NCBI RefSeq assembly: GCF_006345805.1
Contig: NC_043012.1
Location: 41,726,001 to 41,790,000 of the forward strand
Direction of reading: 5' to 3'
Source of the DNA: Octopus sinensis
Lineage: Eukaryota
DNA: 64,000 nt
In this document: positions 13,139 through 26,570 of the stretch, one piece after another
Layout: each line of letters opens with the position of its first letter
Numbering within the stretch: the first letter of the stretch is position 1
Notes under the pieces: generated by a model
The model's input: the letters and a program-made list of their open reading frames with translations, nothing else
Told to the model about the DNA's origin: nothing
Database searches by the model: none
Position numbers and translations under genes: made by a program

Positions 13139-13519
13139 ATGTATGTCATGTATATGTATATACACATACACATAAATGAGTGTGTACGTATACCTTAGGT
13201 AAATTTACAAAGCTAAACGATTGAAAGACACACCTTTGATGTCTTGTTTTTTTAGGTGAAACTGTGAAACCCACACCGACATACAAATAGAGGTGTGTAT
13301 GTGTACACACACATACACATACCTGTATACATGAATATAATACATACCACGGTACTGTTTTTTTCTTCTTCTTTCTCCTTTGTCCATTATATGTGTGTGA
13401 GAGTGTTGGGCGCAGCTCATTTTCTTCAACCCAAGCTCTCATAATTCTCTTCCTGTTTAATGAAGTGTTACATTACTTACAACAGATCATTCCTATCTTC
13501 CCACAAACACACCCATTAT

Positions 13520-14060
13520 TTCAGTTGTTAGAAATAGCAGCCATAATTTCCTGAAATCACACACAATACTCTCTTAAAGAGCATTACGGAGTCACTGTAT
13601 AGTGGCTCGATTCTCTGGAAATAGACAAATCTGCCTGGAAACACGTTATTGTCTTAAATTATATAGAATAATATAAAGACTACGATAAAGCCTGTACCTG
13701 GTCGCTTGGCCAACTGGAAATATCAGCCAATCTCCCTCAACACATACACTATTGTCTTAAAGTGCACTGAATTATGCTAAGCCCACGACGGAATCTACAC
13801 CTGGTTACTCGGTCAGGTAGAAATAGCAATCTATTCTACCTCAAATCACACTAAATTTAATGGAGTCTGCACGCTTGACCAGGTAGAAACAACAGCCAAA
13901 TCTTCTTCACAAAGTAGAAGAAATTGAATAAAGTAGATCTTGAGATTTACGAAAAAGGGATAGTCATGGCTGGAGAACCTTTGATTATCAGTTTACTGGA
14001 AGAAAGAAGACGCTGATTTGGAGATAAACAGCCAAAACCACCAATAACTACGAGAAGAAG
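13520..14060 (+). repeat. Old dispersed repeat with degenerate ~100-bp tandem subunits (AGAAATAGCAGCCAAATC motif); includes copy 2 of the 187-bp repeat
   Basis: Motif recurs at ~13530, 13618, 13717, 13820 and 13885; related pieces at ~330-480, 22620-22810, 46720-46920 and 50100-50540. Confidence 0.55.
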
Positions 14061-14701
14061 AAATATCAGAATATGTTAACTGACTTTCAGCACTTTCTTC
14101 AATACGAGGGTGGTATTGCGGTCAACGAAACATGAAAGTTAAAAGCAATATTATCACAAAGTATGCGGCAACCCTTTAGGTCAGTGACCCTTAAATTAGG
14201 GGTTAAAATAAAATTCTGTAAGGGTCATAAAAACAAAATCTGCTAATTTTAAGATATTTAATAAAATTTCAAAAGTTCCGAGATGCTTTTATGTAAGGGA
14301 GGGTAAAGAGGAATACAACGAAGGTTTTTGTGTATGATATTGTTGTGTGGTGCTACAGGAAAAAAAAACGTACTCAGTTGTGGAAACAAACAGGACTCTC
14401 CAGACACCACTGGTGTTAGAAAAGTACAGAAGAAATAGGACATCTCTGGACCATTGATAAGGAGTTTGAAAACCGAGAAGCCAAGACACGCTTTCAGTTT
14501 CATACCTATTATTATTGAGATAAGTTATGTGAACATACCTGGAACAAAGTGCGTTTGAATTTGTGTTCTTGGGGAGAGAATGCAATTCCCTAACTCGAAC
14601 ACTTACAAATGATAAAATGATCAGGATATCTGGGAGTAAAAAGTCTGCAACTTAAAGAATGATGAGGAAAATACACACACACACACACACACACACTCAC
14701 G

Positions 14702-14770
<69 letters not shown>

Positions 14771-14771
14771 G

Positions 14772-15500
14772 TGCAGGACTGACTGTGTAGTAAGAAGCTT
14801 GCTTTCCAACCATATGGTTCCGGGTTCAAGTTCCACTGCGTGGCACGTTGGGCCGACCAAGCCTTTATTTCTTTACTACCCACAAGGGGCTAAACACAGA
14901 GGGGTCAAACAAGGACAGACAAAGGTATTAAGTCGATTACATCGACCCCAGTGCGTAACTGGTACTTAATTTATCGACCCCGAAAGGAGGAAAGGCAAAG
15001 TCGACCTCGGCGGAATTTGAACTCACAACGTAACGCAGACGAAATACCGTTAAGCATTTCGCCCGGCGTGCTAACGATTCTGCCATTTCGCGGCTTATCC
15101 TTGTGAATGGATTTGGTTGACCAATCCTTGTGATTGGGCCGATCAATGAATGGGCCCATTCAATCCTTGTGAATGGGGTCTTCTGCTGTAGACTCGGGGG
15201 CCGACCAATCCCTGTGAATGGATTTGGTTGACGGAAACTGACATAGACTCGTCGCATGCGCATATGTATATATCTATGTGTGTGTAACTTTGAATATGTG
15301 TTTGTTTGCCACCACCGCTTTTCAACCGGTGTTGGTATGTTTACGTCTCCGCAACTTAGCGGTTCGGCAAAAGACCCATACAATAAGTACTAGGCCTAAT
15401 AAAAGTCCTGGGTCGATTTGTTCGGCTAAAGCCCTTCAAGGTGGTGCTCCAGCATGGCAGCAGTCAAATGAATGAAGCAAGTAAATAGATAAAAGTAAAA
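14772..15500. mobile_element. SINE family A (+) interrupted by a family B copy (-, ~14865-15090)
   Basis: A head at 14772-14860, reverse-complement B unit, then resumed A body and tail. Confidence 0.75.
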
Positions 15501-15526
15501 GATGTATATATATGTATATATATATG

Positions 15527-15571
<45 letters not shown>

Positions 15572-15579
15572 TATATATA

Positions 15580-18500
15580 TACTAAGCAATAAGGGTTTAG
15601 CAACGAATTGCCTTACCACATACCGAATTTAGAAATAGCAGTCAAAGGGTTATAGCTATTTCTTCTACTAAAAAGGGAGATCTCAGATAAAAACAGCAAT
15701 TGGAAGGCTGACACAAACAGGTAAGAGAGAATGATTAACTGCAATCTATCAAACATTTTTAAAGTTATCTACGGACGTACGTTTCGAAATCAAGTTTTTA
15801 GGAAAGCATAAGAATTAAATATTAAATATTAAATAATTCTATCTTACCGAAACTTCTTTTCTCTTCAGCGTAGAATACTATAATCATAAATGATTATATA
15901 TTGAATTTTGAGATACTAGGAGGCACCAACTCAACTCAGTATCAGAGCGAGCTAGAATCCGCAACTAGTATCACCGAATTCAAATTTGTGAATGAAACGA
16001 TTGTGTCAACAGCCCCTTCCACCCGCGTGTAGCCAAAACAAGATGCTGTGGTCATCTACTGAGATAAAATATGGTTATCCGTAATAATGAAGGGTGAAAT
16101 TAATTAATTTGGAATAATTATCAATTACACCAAGTAGTCTTCGGCATGTAAAAGCCTCATTCGAGGAAAATTTAAGTAATACTAAGCAATAAGGGTTTAG
16201 CAACGAATTGCCTTACCACATACCGAATTTAGAAATAGCAGTCAAAGGGTTATAGCTATTTCTTCTACTAAAAAGGGAGATCTCAGTAAAAACAGCAATT
16301 GGAAGGCTGACACAAAAGGTAAGAGAGAATGAATTAACTGCAATCTATCAAATTTTTAAAGTTATCTACGGACGTACGTTTCGAAATCAAGTTTTTAGGA
16401 AAGCATAAGAATTAAATATTAAATATTAAATAATTCTATCTTACCGAAACTTCTTTTCTCTTCAGCGTAGAATACTATAATCATAAATGATTATATATTG
16501 AATTTTGAGATACTAGGAGGCACCAACTCAACTCAGTATCAGAGCGAGCTAGAATCCGCAACTAGTATCACGAATTCAAATTTGTGAATGAAACGATTGT
16601 GTCAACAGCCCCTTCCCACCCGCGTGTAGCCAAAACAAGATGCTGTGGTCATCTACTGAGATAAAATATGGTTATCCGTAATAATGAAGGGTGAAATTAA
16701 TTAATTTGGAATAATTATCAATTACACCAAGTAGTCTTCGGCATGTAAAAGCCTCATTCGAGGAAAATTTAAGTAATACTAAGCAATAAGGGTTTAGCAA
16801 CGAATTGCCTTACCACATACCGAATTTAGAAATAGCAGTCAAAGGGTTATAGCTATTTCTTCTACTAAAAAGGGAGATCTCAGTAAAAACAGCAATTGGA
16901 AGGCTGACACAAACAGGTAAGAGAGAATGAATTAACTGCAATCTATCAAACATTTTTAAAGTTATCTACGGACGTACGTTTCGAAATCAAGTTTTTAGGA
17001 AGAAAGAATAAGAATTAAATATTAAATAATTCTATCTTACCGAAACTTCTTTTCTCTTCAGCGTAGAATACTATAATCATAATGATTATATATTGAATTT
17101 TGAGATACTAGGAGGCACCAACTCAACTCAGTATCAGAGCGAGCTAGAATCCGCAACTAGTATCACCGAATTCAAATTTGTGAATGAAACGATTGTGTCA
17201 ACAGCCCCTTCCCACCCGCGTGTAGCCAAAACAAGATGCTGTGGTCATCTACTGAGATAAAATATGGTTATCCGTAATAATGAAGGGTGAAATTAATTAA
17301 TTTGGAATAATTATCAATTACACCAAGTAGTCTTCGGCATGTAAAAGCCTCATTCGAGGAAAATTTAAGTAATACTAAGCAATAAGGTTTAGCAACGAAT
17401 TGCCTTACCACATACCGAATTTAGAAATAGCAGTCAAAGGGTTATAGCTATTTCTTCTACTAAAAAGGGAGATCTCAGTAAAACAGCAATTGAAGGCTGA
17501 CACAAACAGGTAAGAGAGAATGAATTACTGCAATCTATCAAACATTTTTAAAGTTATCTACGGACGTACGTTTCGAAATCAAGTTTTTAGGAAAGCATAA
17601 GAATTAAATATTAAATATTAAATAATTCTATCTTACCGAAACTTCTTTTCTCTTCAGCGCGTAGAATACTATAATCATAAATGATTATATATTGAATTTT
17701 GAGATACTAGGAGGCACCAACTCAACTCAGTATCAGAGCGAGCTAGAATCCGCAACTAGTATCACCGAATTCAAATTTGTGAATGAAACGATTGTGTCAA
17801 CAGCCCCTTCCACCCGCGTGTAGCCAAAACAAATGCTGTGGTCATCTACTGAGATAAAATATGGTTATCCGTAATAATGAAGGGTGAAATTAATTAATTT
17901 GGAATAATTATCAATTACACCAAGTAGTCTTCGGCATGTAAAAGCCTCATTCGAGGAAAATTTAAGTAATACTAAGCAATAAGGGTTTAGCAACGAATTG
18001 CTTACCACATACCGAATTTAGAAATAGCAGTCAAAGGGTTATAGCTATTTCTTCTACTAAAAAGGGAGATCTCAGTAAAAACAGCAATTGGAAGGCTGAC
18101 ACAAACAGGTAAGAGAGAATGAATTAACTGCAATCTATCAAACATTTTTAAAGTTATCTACGGACGTACGTTTCGAAATCAAGTTTTTAGGAAAGCATAA
18201 GAATTAAATATTAAATATTAAATAATTCTATCTTACCGAAACTTCTTTTCTCTTCAGCGTAGAATACTATAATCATAAATGATTATATATTGAATTTTGA
18301 GATACTAGGAGGCACCAACTCAACTCAGTATCAGAGCGAGCTAGAATCCGCAACTAGTATCACCGAATTCAAATTTGTGAATGAAACGATTGTGTCAACA
18401 GCCCCTTCCCACCCGCGTGTAGCCAAAACAAGATGCTGTGGTCATCTACTGAGATAAAATATGGTTATTCGTAATAATGAAGGGTGAAATTAATTAATTT

Positions 18501-21500
18501 GGAATAATTATCAATTACACCAAGTAGTCTTCGGCATGTAAAAGCCTCATTCGAGGAAAATTTAAGTAATACTAAGCAATAAGGGTTAGCAACGAATTGC
18601 CTTACCACATACCGAATTTAGAAATAGCAGTCAAAGGGTTATAGCTATTTCTTCTACTAAAAAGGGAGATCTCAGTAAAAACAGCAATTGGAAGGCTGAC
18701 ACAAACAGGTAAGAGAGAATGAATTAACTGCAATCTATCAACATTTTTAAAGTTATCTACGGACGTACGTTTCGAAATCAAGTTTTTAGGAAAGCATAAG
18801 AATTAAATATTAAATATTAAATAATTCTATCTTACCGAAACTTCTTTTCTCTTCAGCGTAGAATACTATAATCATAAATGATTATATATTGAATTTTGAG
18901 ATACTAGGAGGCACCAACTCAACTCAGTATCAGAGCGAGCTAGAATCCGCAACTAGTATCACCGAATTCAAATTTGTGAATGAAACGATTGTGTCAACAG
19001 CCCTTCCCACCCGCGTGTAGCCAAAACAAGATGCTGTGGTCATCTACTGAGATAAAATATGGTTATCCGTAATAATGAAGGGTGAAATTAATTAATTTGG
19101 AATAATTATCAATTACACCAAGTAGTCTTCGGCATGTAAAAGCCTCATTCGAGGAAAATTTAAGTAATACTAAGCAATAAGGGTTTAGCAACGAATTGCC
19201 TTACCACATACCGAATTTAGAAATAGCAGTCAAAGGGTTATAGCTATTTCTTCTACTAAAAGGGAGATCTCAGTAAAAACAGCAATTGGAAGGCTGACAC
19301 AAACAGGTAAGAGAGAATGAATTAACTGTAATCTATCAAACATTTTTAAAGTTATCTACGGACGTACGTTTCGAAATCAAGTTTTTAGGAAAGCATAAGA
19401 ATTAAATATTAAATATTAAATAATTCTATCTTACCGAAACTTCTTTTCTCTTCAGCGTAGAATACTATAATCATAAATGATTATATATTGAATTTTGAGA
19501 TACTAGGAGGCACCAACTCAACTCAGTATCAGAGCGAGCTAGAATCCGCAACTAGTATCACCGAATTCAAATTTGTGAATGAAACGATTGTGTCAACAGC
19601 CCTTCCCACCCGCGTGTAGCCAAAACAAGATGCTGTGGTCATCTACTGAGATAAAATATGGTTATCCGTAATAATGAAGGGTGAAATTAATTAATTTGGA
19701 ATAATTATCAATTACACCAAGTAGTTTCGGCATGTAAAAGCCTCATTCGAGGAAAATTAAGTAATACTAAGCAATAAGGTTTAGCAACGAATTGCCTTAC
19801 CACATACCGAATTTAGAAATAGCAGTCAAAGGGTTATAGCTATTTCTTCTACTAAAAAGGGAGATCTCAGTAAAAACAGCAATTGGAAGGCTGACACAAA
19901 CAGGTAAGAGAGAATGAATTAACTGCAATCTATCAAACATTTTTAAAGTTATCTACGGACGTACGTTTCGAAATCAAGTTTTTAGGAAAGCATAAGAATT
20001 AAATATTAAATATTAAATAATTCTATCTTACCGAAACTTCTTTTCTCTTCAGCGTAGAATACTATAATCATAAATGATTATATATTGAATTTTGAGATAC
20101 TAGGAGGCACCAACTCAACTCAGTATCAGAGCGAGCTAGAATCCGCAACTAGTATCACCGAATTCAAATTGTGAATGAAACGATTGTGTCAACAGCCCCT
20201 TCCCACCCGCGTGTAGCCAAAACAAGATGCTGTGGTCATCTACTGAGATAAAATATGGTTATCCGTAATAATGAAGGGTGAAATTAATTAATTGGAATAA
20301 TATCAATTACACAAGTAGTCTTCGGCATGTAAAAGCCTCATTCGAGGAAAATTTAAGTAATACTAAGCAATAAGGATTTAGCAACGAATTGCCTTACCAC
20401 ATACCGAATTTAGAAATAGCAGTCAAAGGGTTATATAGCTATTTCTTCTACTAAAAAGGAGATCTCAGTAAAAACAGCAATGGAAGGCTGACACAAACAG
20501 GTAAGAGAGAATGAATTAACTGCAATCTATCAACATTTTTAAAGTTATCTACGGACGTACGTTTCGAAATCAAGTTTTTAGGAAAGCATAAGAATTAAAT
20601 ATTAAATATTAAATAATTCTATCTTACCGAAACTTCTTTTCTCTTCAGCGTAGAATACTATAATCATAAATGATTATATATTGAATTTTGAGATACTAGA
20701 GAGGCACCAACTCAACTCAGTATCAGAGCGAGCTAGAATCCGCAACTAGTATCACCGAATTCAAATTTGTGAATGAAACGATTGTGTCAACAAGCCCTTC
20801 CCACCCGCGTGTAGCCAAAACAAGATGCTTGGTCATCTACTGAGATAAAATATGGTTATCCGTAATAATGAAGGGTGAAATTAATTAATTGGAATAATTA
20901 TCAATTACACCAAGTAGTCTTCGGCATGTAAAAGCCTCATTCGAGGAAAATTTAAGTAATACTAAGCAATAAGGATTTAGCAACGAATTGCCTTACCACA
21001 TACCGAATTTAGAAATAGCAGTCAAAGGGTTATAGCTATTTCTTCTACTAAAAAGGGAGATCTCAGTAAAAACAGCAATTGGAAGGCTGACACAAACAGG
21101 TAAGAGAGAATGAAAACTGCAATCTATCAAACATTTTTAAAGTTATCTACGGACGTACGTTTCGAAATCAAGTTTTTAGGAAAGCATAAGAATTAAATAT
21201 TAAATATTAAATAATCTATCTTACCGAAACTTCTTTTTCTTCAGCGTAGAATACTATAATCATAAATGATTATATATTGAATTTTGAGATACGGAGTGGC
21301 ACCAACTCAACTCAGTATCAGAGCGAGCTAGAATCCGAAACTAGTATCCCGAATTCAAATTTGTGAATGAAACGATTGTGTCAACAGCCTTCCCACCCGC
21401 GTGTAGCCAAAACAAGATGCTGTGGTCATCTACTGAGATAAAATATGGTTATCCGTAATAATGAAGGGTGAAATGAAATTAATTAATTTGGAATAATTAT

Positions 21501-22167
21501 CAATTACACCAAGTAGTCTTCGGCATGTAAAAGCCTCATTCGGGAAAATTTAAGTAATACTAAGCAATAAGGATTTAGCAACGAATTGCCTTACCACATA
21601 CCGAATTTAGAAATAGCAGTCAAAGGGTTATAGCTATTTCTTCTACTAAAAAGGGAGATCTCAGTAAAACAGCAATTGGAAGGCTGACACAAACAGGTAA
21701 GAGAGAATGATTAACTGCAATCTATCAAACATTTTTAAAGTTATCTACGGACGTACGTTTCGAAATCAAGTTTTTAGGAAAGCATAAGAATTAAATATTA
21801 AATATTAAATAATTCTATCTTACCGAAACTTCTTTTTCTTCAGCGTAGAATACTATAATCATAAATGATTATATATTGAATTTTGAGATACTAGAGAGGC
21901 ACCAACTCAACTCAGTATCAGAGCGAGCTAGAATCCGCAACTAGTATCACGAATTCAAATTTGTGAATGAAACGATTGTGTCAACAGCCCCTTCCCACCC
22001 GCGTGTAGCCAAAACAAGATGCTGTGGTCATCTACTGAGATAAAATATGGTTATCCGTAATAATGAAGGGTGAAATTAATTAATTTGGAATAATTATCAA
22101 TTACACCAAGTAGTCTTCGGCATGTAAAAGCCTCATTCGAGGAAAATTTAAGTAATACTAAGCAATA
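15580..22167 (-). repeat. Tandem array of 11 x ~598-bp non-coding units, each with a hammerhead ribozyme fold (retrozyme-like)
   Basis: ACTAAGCAAT unit starts at 15581, 16181, 16778, 17374, 17971, 18571, 19169, 19766, 20362, 20961 and 21559, with a terminal partial at 22157; (TA)n on both sides; no ORF of 60 aa or more lies wholly inside the array. Confidence 0.95.
15768..15874 (-). ncRNA. Type I hammerhead ribozyme with 76-nt stem II (unit 1; repeated in every unit)
   Basis: Minus strand: UCUACG (stem I) CUGAAGA [76-nt hairpin] GAAAC GUAC GUC^ CGUAGA (stem I'); predicted cleavage between 15774 and 15773. Confidence 0.8.
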
Positions 22168-23103
22168 TATATATATATAACAAAACTTACTTGGAGGAAA
22201 TGAAACGAAACGAAAACGAATCGAATCGACGCGAGGGCGCTCAGTCATACAATAGTGTAATAAATAAAATATATGCATACATACATACATATATGTACGT
22301 ACTTACATCTACATGTATATATACATGCATCATGCATATATAAATATATATACGTGAGTACAGGACACCACAAATAGACGTAGAACTCAACGAGAAACGA
22401 AAACGTAAAAACTACGTGGAAACGGACCTAAACGAAAAATACAGAGTACAAGACAAAATGGAGAGAGGAAGGGAGAGAGAGAGAGAGAGAGAGAGAGAGC
22501 TGTCGGTGATTTCTTCATGAAATTGAAGATGAATTCCCTGACAGTGACAGGGAGATAATCCATGAAAGTTAAAGTAAATTTACAGAATGTACGAGTTACT
22601 TCCCATGCCACACATTTTAATCCAATCGCGTTTAACTAATCCCTAAGTTAATCATGATCGAGCCAACGAATGATCAAAGACTCTCCAGCCATGACTCACT
22701 TCTCTATTTTAGGACCAGTATAACTACTGTACTAAATGTAGTTCTTTTTTATTTCTCAAGTCAGTGTTTGAATTTAGGTGCATTTCGCTGCTATTGTTAG
22801 CAGAGAGAATAGCCATGTAGAGTCACCGTCGTGGGTTCGATAGTAAATGAATACAAAGTACATTAAGTTCTTGTTGTCTACGGGTGGGTGAGGTCCAATT
22901 GACTACAAATCTAGGCTTGTACGATATCACATAAAAATAACGATTGCTATTGTTGTCGCCGCCGCCACCGCCGTTGTCGTTGTTATTCTTGTTGTTGTTT
23001 GTCTAATTTCAGGTCAGCTCTCAATGATCAAATCTAGAATTTAGAAACGTTCCTTTCATAGCCATTTTGTCTTATGAATGGAGGATGTGATTCTTTGAAG
23101 TGA

Positions 23104-23270
<167 letters not shown>

Positions 23271-24728
23271 CGTGTATAAGGTATTTGAGGACAGTTATAC
23301 ACTTACACAAAAATGACTCTTAGATACAGACAATAATGGTTTCTTACTAAAAAAATGGTTTTGAAGATAAGAATAAACATATTGATTCGACATTTTATTC
23401 AATAAAATATCCTTCAGCTTCAATAACGGCTTCTATGCGAAGTCTGAATCGCCTAGATGCCAGGATCGAGTGGTCTGTGTTCATATTGGACATATCTGAT
23501 TATGGAGGCTTTTAGGGATTCTTTGGTGTTATGAGGGTGCTCATTAACCTCTTTCTCAACTATGCTTCTTGCATAGTAGTCCAATGGATTGAGATCTGGG
23601 GGAGCTAGGAGGCCAAATGTTGGGGGTTATGTGGTCATGAATATTTTCCGCCATTCTTTCCTGCCTTGTGTGATGGTATCGAATCTTGTTGAATCGCATA
23701 AGGCCTTCCATTGCGTACATTAGTGATCCATGGCTTAACCACTGGATTCAGAACATCTATGTAGGCAGCAGATTTTACTCGAAGACCTTGTGGAAAGAGG
23801 TGAGGAGGCATCACATGTCCTTCATTGTTGACACCCCCCCCCCCTAAAACCATGGGGGTTGCAGGGAATTTTGTATGCATTACTCTTGGAACTCCTGAAG
23901 GGTCTGTACATAGCCATCTGTCATTTCTTCTGTTTACTTTCTGATCTTGATCAAAGATTTTCTCGTCTGAGAAGAACCAAAGGACATATTTCTCTTCTGG
24001 GTTTTTAAGTTTGTTCAGGGGTCTTTTAAGCGATTTTCCTTCACTGTTTCTGACATGAAATGACCTTTTCTCATCGTATAAGATTTGCATCTGATGTCTT
24101 TGTGGACAACATTTCGGATTGTTCCTTCTGACACATGGTGTTCTTTTGCAACCAACGTTCATGGATCTTCTGAGATTGTCATTAATGGTCAGCTTTTCTT
24201 GTTGAATAAATTCTGGTGCTCTAATAGTATCAGTGTGTCTACAATGTTTCTTGCGTTTTGATACTGACGATACACTTCCGTCTTTAGCTTCTAACTCTTT
24301 GCGAATTTTGTAGATTAAGGGTCTAGTGACTTTTAAAAATCGTGCTATCTCTAGATTGCTATGTTCAGCCTTTATAGTCACGATGACTGCGTGCCTTTTC
24401 ATTTCTTGTGTAATCATAGGGTCTGGCATTGATAATTCTGACATATAGAAAATATTGATAAATATGAGAGTCAAGACTATTGAAAAGGTTGCAAGACGCA
24501 ACGAAAATTTTAGGAAAATAAAAATAAGAAAAAAGTGGAAATTTTACCGGTGAGTGTGTTACATTATAAGGCACAAAAAGAAAATGACTGTCCCCAGACA
24601 CAACAGAATATGTTTCAACACACGAACTCATATAAAGAACCTTGCAAACCAAATACAAAAACGAAAAATAAATATGATGTTACAGTAAAATTAACATATG
24701 TCCTTAACTACCTTACGCATCCCACGTG
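23271..24728 (-). mobile_element. Tc1/mariner-superfamily transposon, probably maT/DD37D type, frameshifted (ORF 23635..24501)
   Basis: WFFSDEKIF, VNRRNDRW, QQDSIPSH, and downstream WPPSSPDLNPLDY in another frame; degenerate TIRs (TAAGGTA.TT.AGGACA) at both ends. Confidence 0.85.
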
Positions 24729-24734
24729 TGTATG

Positions 24735-24801
<67 letters not shown>

Positions 24802-25559
24802 TGACACACATTCTCACACACATCACGCACAAACATATACTCTGGCCAATTATGCACTCCCTTTGCCTTCAAGAATCACACAATTTTTATCACTCTCCAC
24901 TTCCGGTTAGTAATCCTTGGGTCATGTAACGACTCAGTTGCTTTCTCTCAGCTTCTTCCTTTTTAGCCACTTCTGTCGACTGTTTTCCTCAACCCGACGA
25001 AGAGCCATGCTCAACATGTAATATTTTTTATTCCTATTTTTCTTATCTAAAATTTTCACTATATTCACTGTGTGCGTCTGACTGACTATTGTTCTTTTTT
25101 GCTTCCCTTCGTTCTTGGATTTGCCGATATTATGGACTCTCTCGTCGGTTTCGAAGTATGAGTATCCGAGAACCCACTCTTTCTTTGTCAGTCATAATGC
25201 TTATATCGAATGTGACATTTAAGTCCCGCCAACGATTTACAAAAAAGCTCGCAGATCCTGCAGGTATGAGGATTACAGGTCAATGCAGGTGGTATATTCG
25301 CTTCCGTTTTCCTCCTTTGCCCTGCACTCCGAAGCCCTATAATGTTGGTTGCAACAAAGTTTCTAATACCGTTTTAACACAATGATCTCCATTTTCTTCG
25401 CCCCAAGGCCGTTCGCTCAGATTTGTTGTGAGCTAGCTTCATTTCTAAGAGTTTACTCATCAGCTTGTCCTTATATCTGAGCCATGGTCGACCGATATTC
25501 CTGTACCGACTCTCAAGCTTTGGGTATTCTTTCATCACTCATTCTGACCAGCCGAGCAC

Positions 25560-25890
25560 AATTGTGATTCCATAAGGAAGCTCTCGATTCCACCAATCTT
25601 ACACTTAGTAAATAGGTCGGCATTAAAAACTCTGTCTTTTAGTGAATGGCCGCAGATTGTCCTCAGACAGTCTTTGTGCAAGATATCTAGTTGGTTGATG
25701 TGTCATCTGTAGGGTATCCACGATGATTCTGAGCCATACAAGAGAGTAGTGAGAATGGCAGCTTTATGGACCTGCATTTTGGTGTCAAGTTTGATGTCCC
25801 TTTCCTTCCATAGCCGATGATGGAGTTTGCCAAATGCGTTGGTTGCCTTTGCAAGACGGTTGATGATTTCATCATCAAGAGAAGCGATCG
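25560..25890 (-). pseudogene. RTE-clade LINE fragment (post-RT region)
   Basis: SLDDEIINRLAKATNAFGKLHHRLWKERDIKLDTKMQVHKAAILTTLLYGSES. Confidence 0.8.
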
Positions 25891-25914
25891 AATTCACTTT
25901 ACTAACAAGATATG

Positions 25915-26164
25915 TAACGCACTTTCTGCAAATTTGCCTAGGTCTCTGAGCAGGTAACATCATGATAACTTTCATGCGACGATCACGCGCTACATACCTT
26001 CTTTTCAAGCACTGTTGTAAACAGCGGAAGTGAGCTAGAACGTTAAAACTTAGTGCGCATGTACAGCAGAGTTCAAGGTCTATCTTTGCCAAGCGGTTTT
26101 ACTCTGCGTGTTTTAGCTTCGTTACTATGGCAACAGTCCTGATACTTATTGATCATACCTCGTA
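25915..26164 (-). mobile_element. Mariner 5' end fragment (same family as 8843-10078)
   Basis: Homologous to 9790-10080 including the TIR. Confidence 0.8.
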
Positions 26165-26458
26165 GTTTAAAGCACTCACGTATAATGGATTAACACGCAA
26201 CACAGACACGAGAGAGGTAGAGGAGGGGAGAGAAAGAAAGACAGTGTGTGTTAGGGATGTTCGCAAGTCTGTATTCGTTTAAATAAACATATGGAAGATT
26301 TCAATAACGCATCCATCCTTTCACATTCTTGGAACTAGTTCTGTGACGTCACTCTTCTTGCACTTCCGTAGGAGTGGCGAGGTGAGTAAACTAGACTCTT
26401 AAAGGTTTATAGATGCTTCCTCTGGCCCCATTTTTACATGTACACAAACAAACACACA

Positions 26459-26492
<34 letters not shown>

Positions 26493-26514
26493 TTCTCCAC
26501 TAAAATATTTTCTA

Positions 26515-26570
<56 letters not shown>

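Noticed and set aside
11589-13863. LTR retrotransposon bounded by 187-bp repeats
   Set aside because: No TG..CA termini, PBS, PPT, TSD or gag/pol remnants
15580-22167. Array as CRISPR, rDNA/5S or snRNA cluster
   Set aside because: No unique spacers and no recognisable rRNA, tRNA or snRNA sequence
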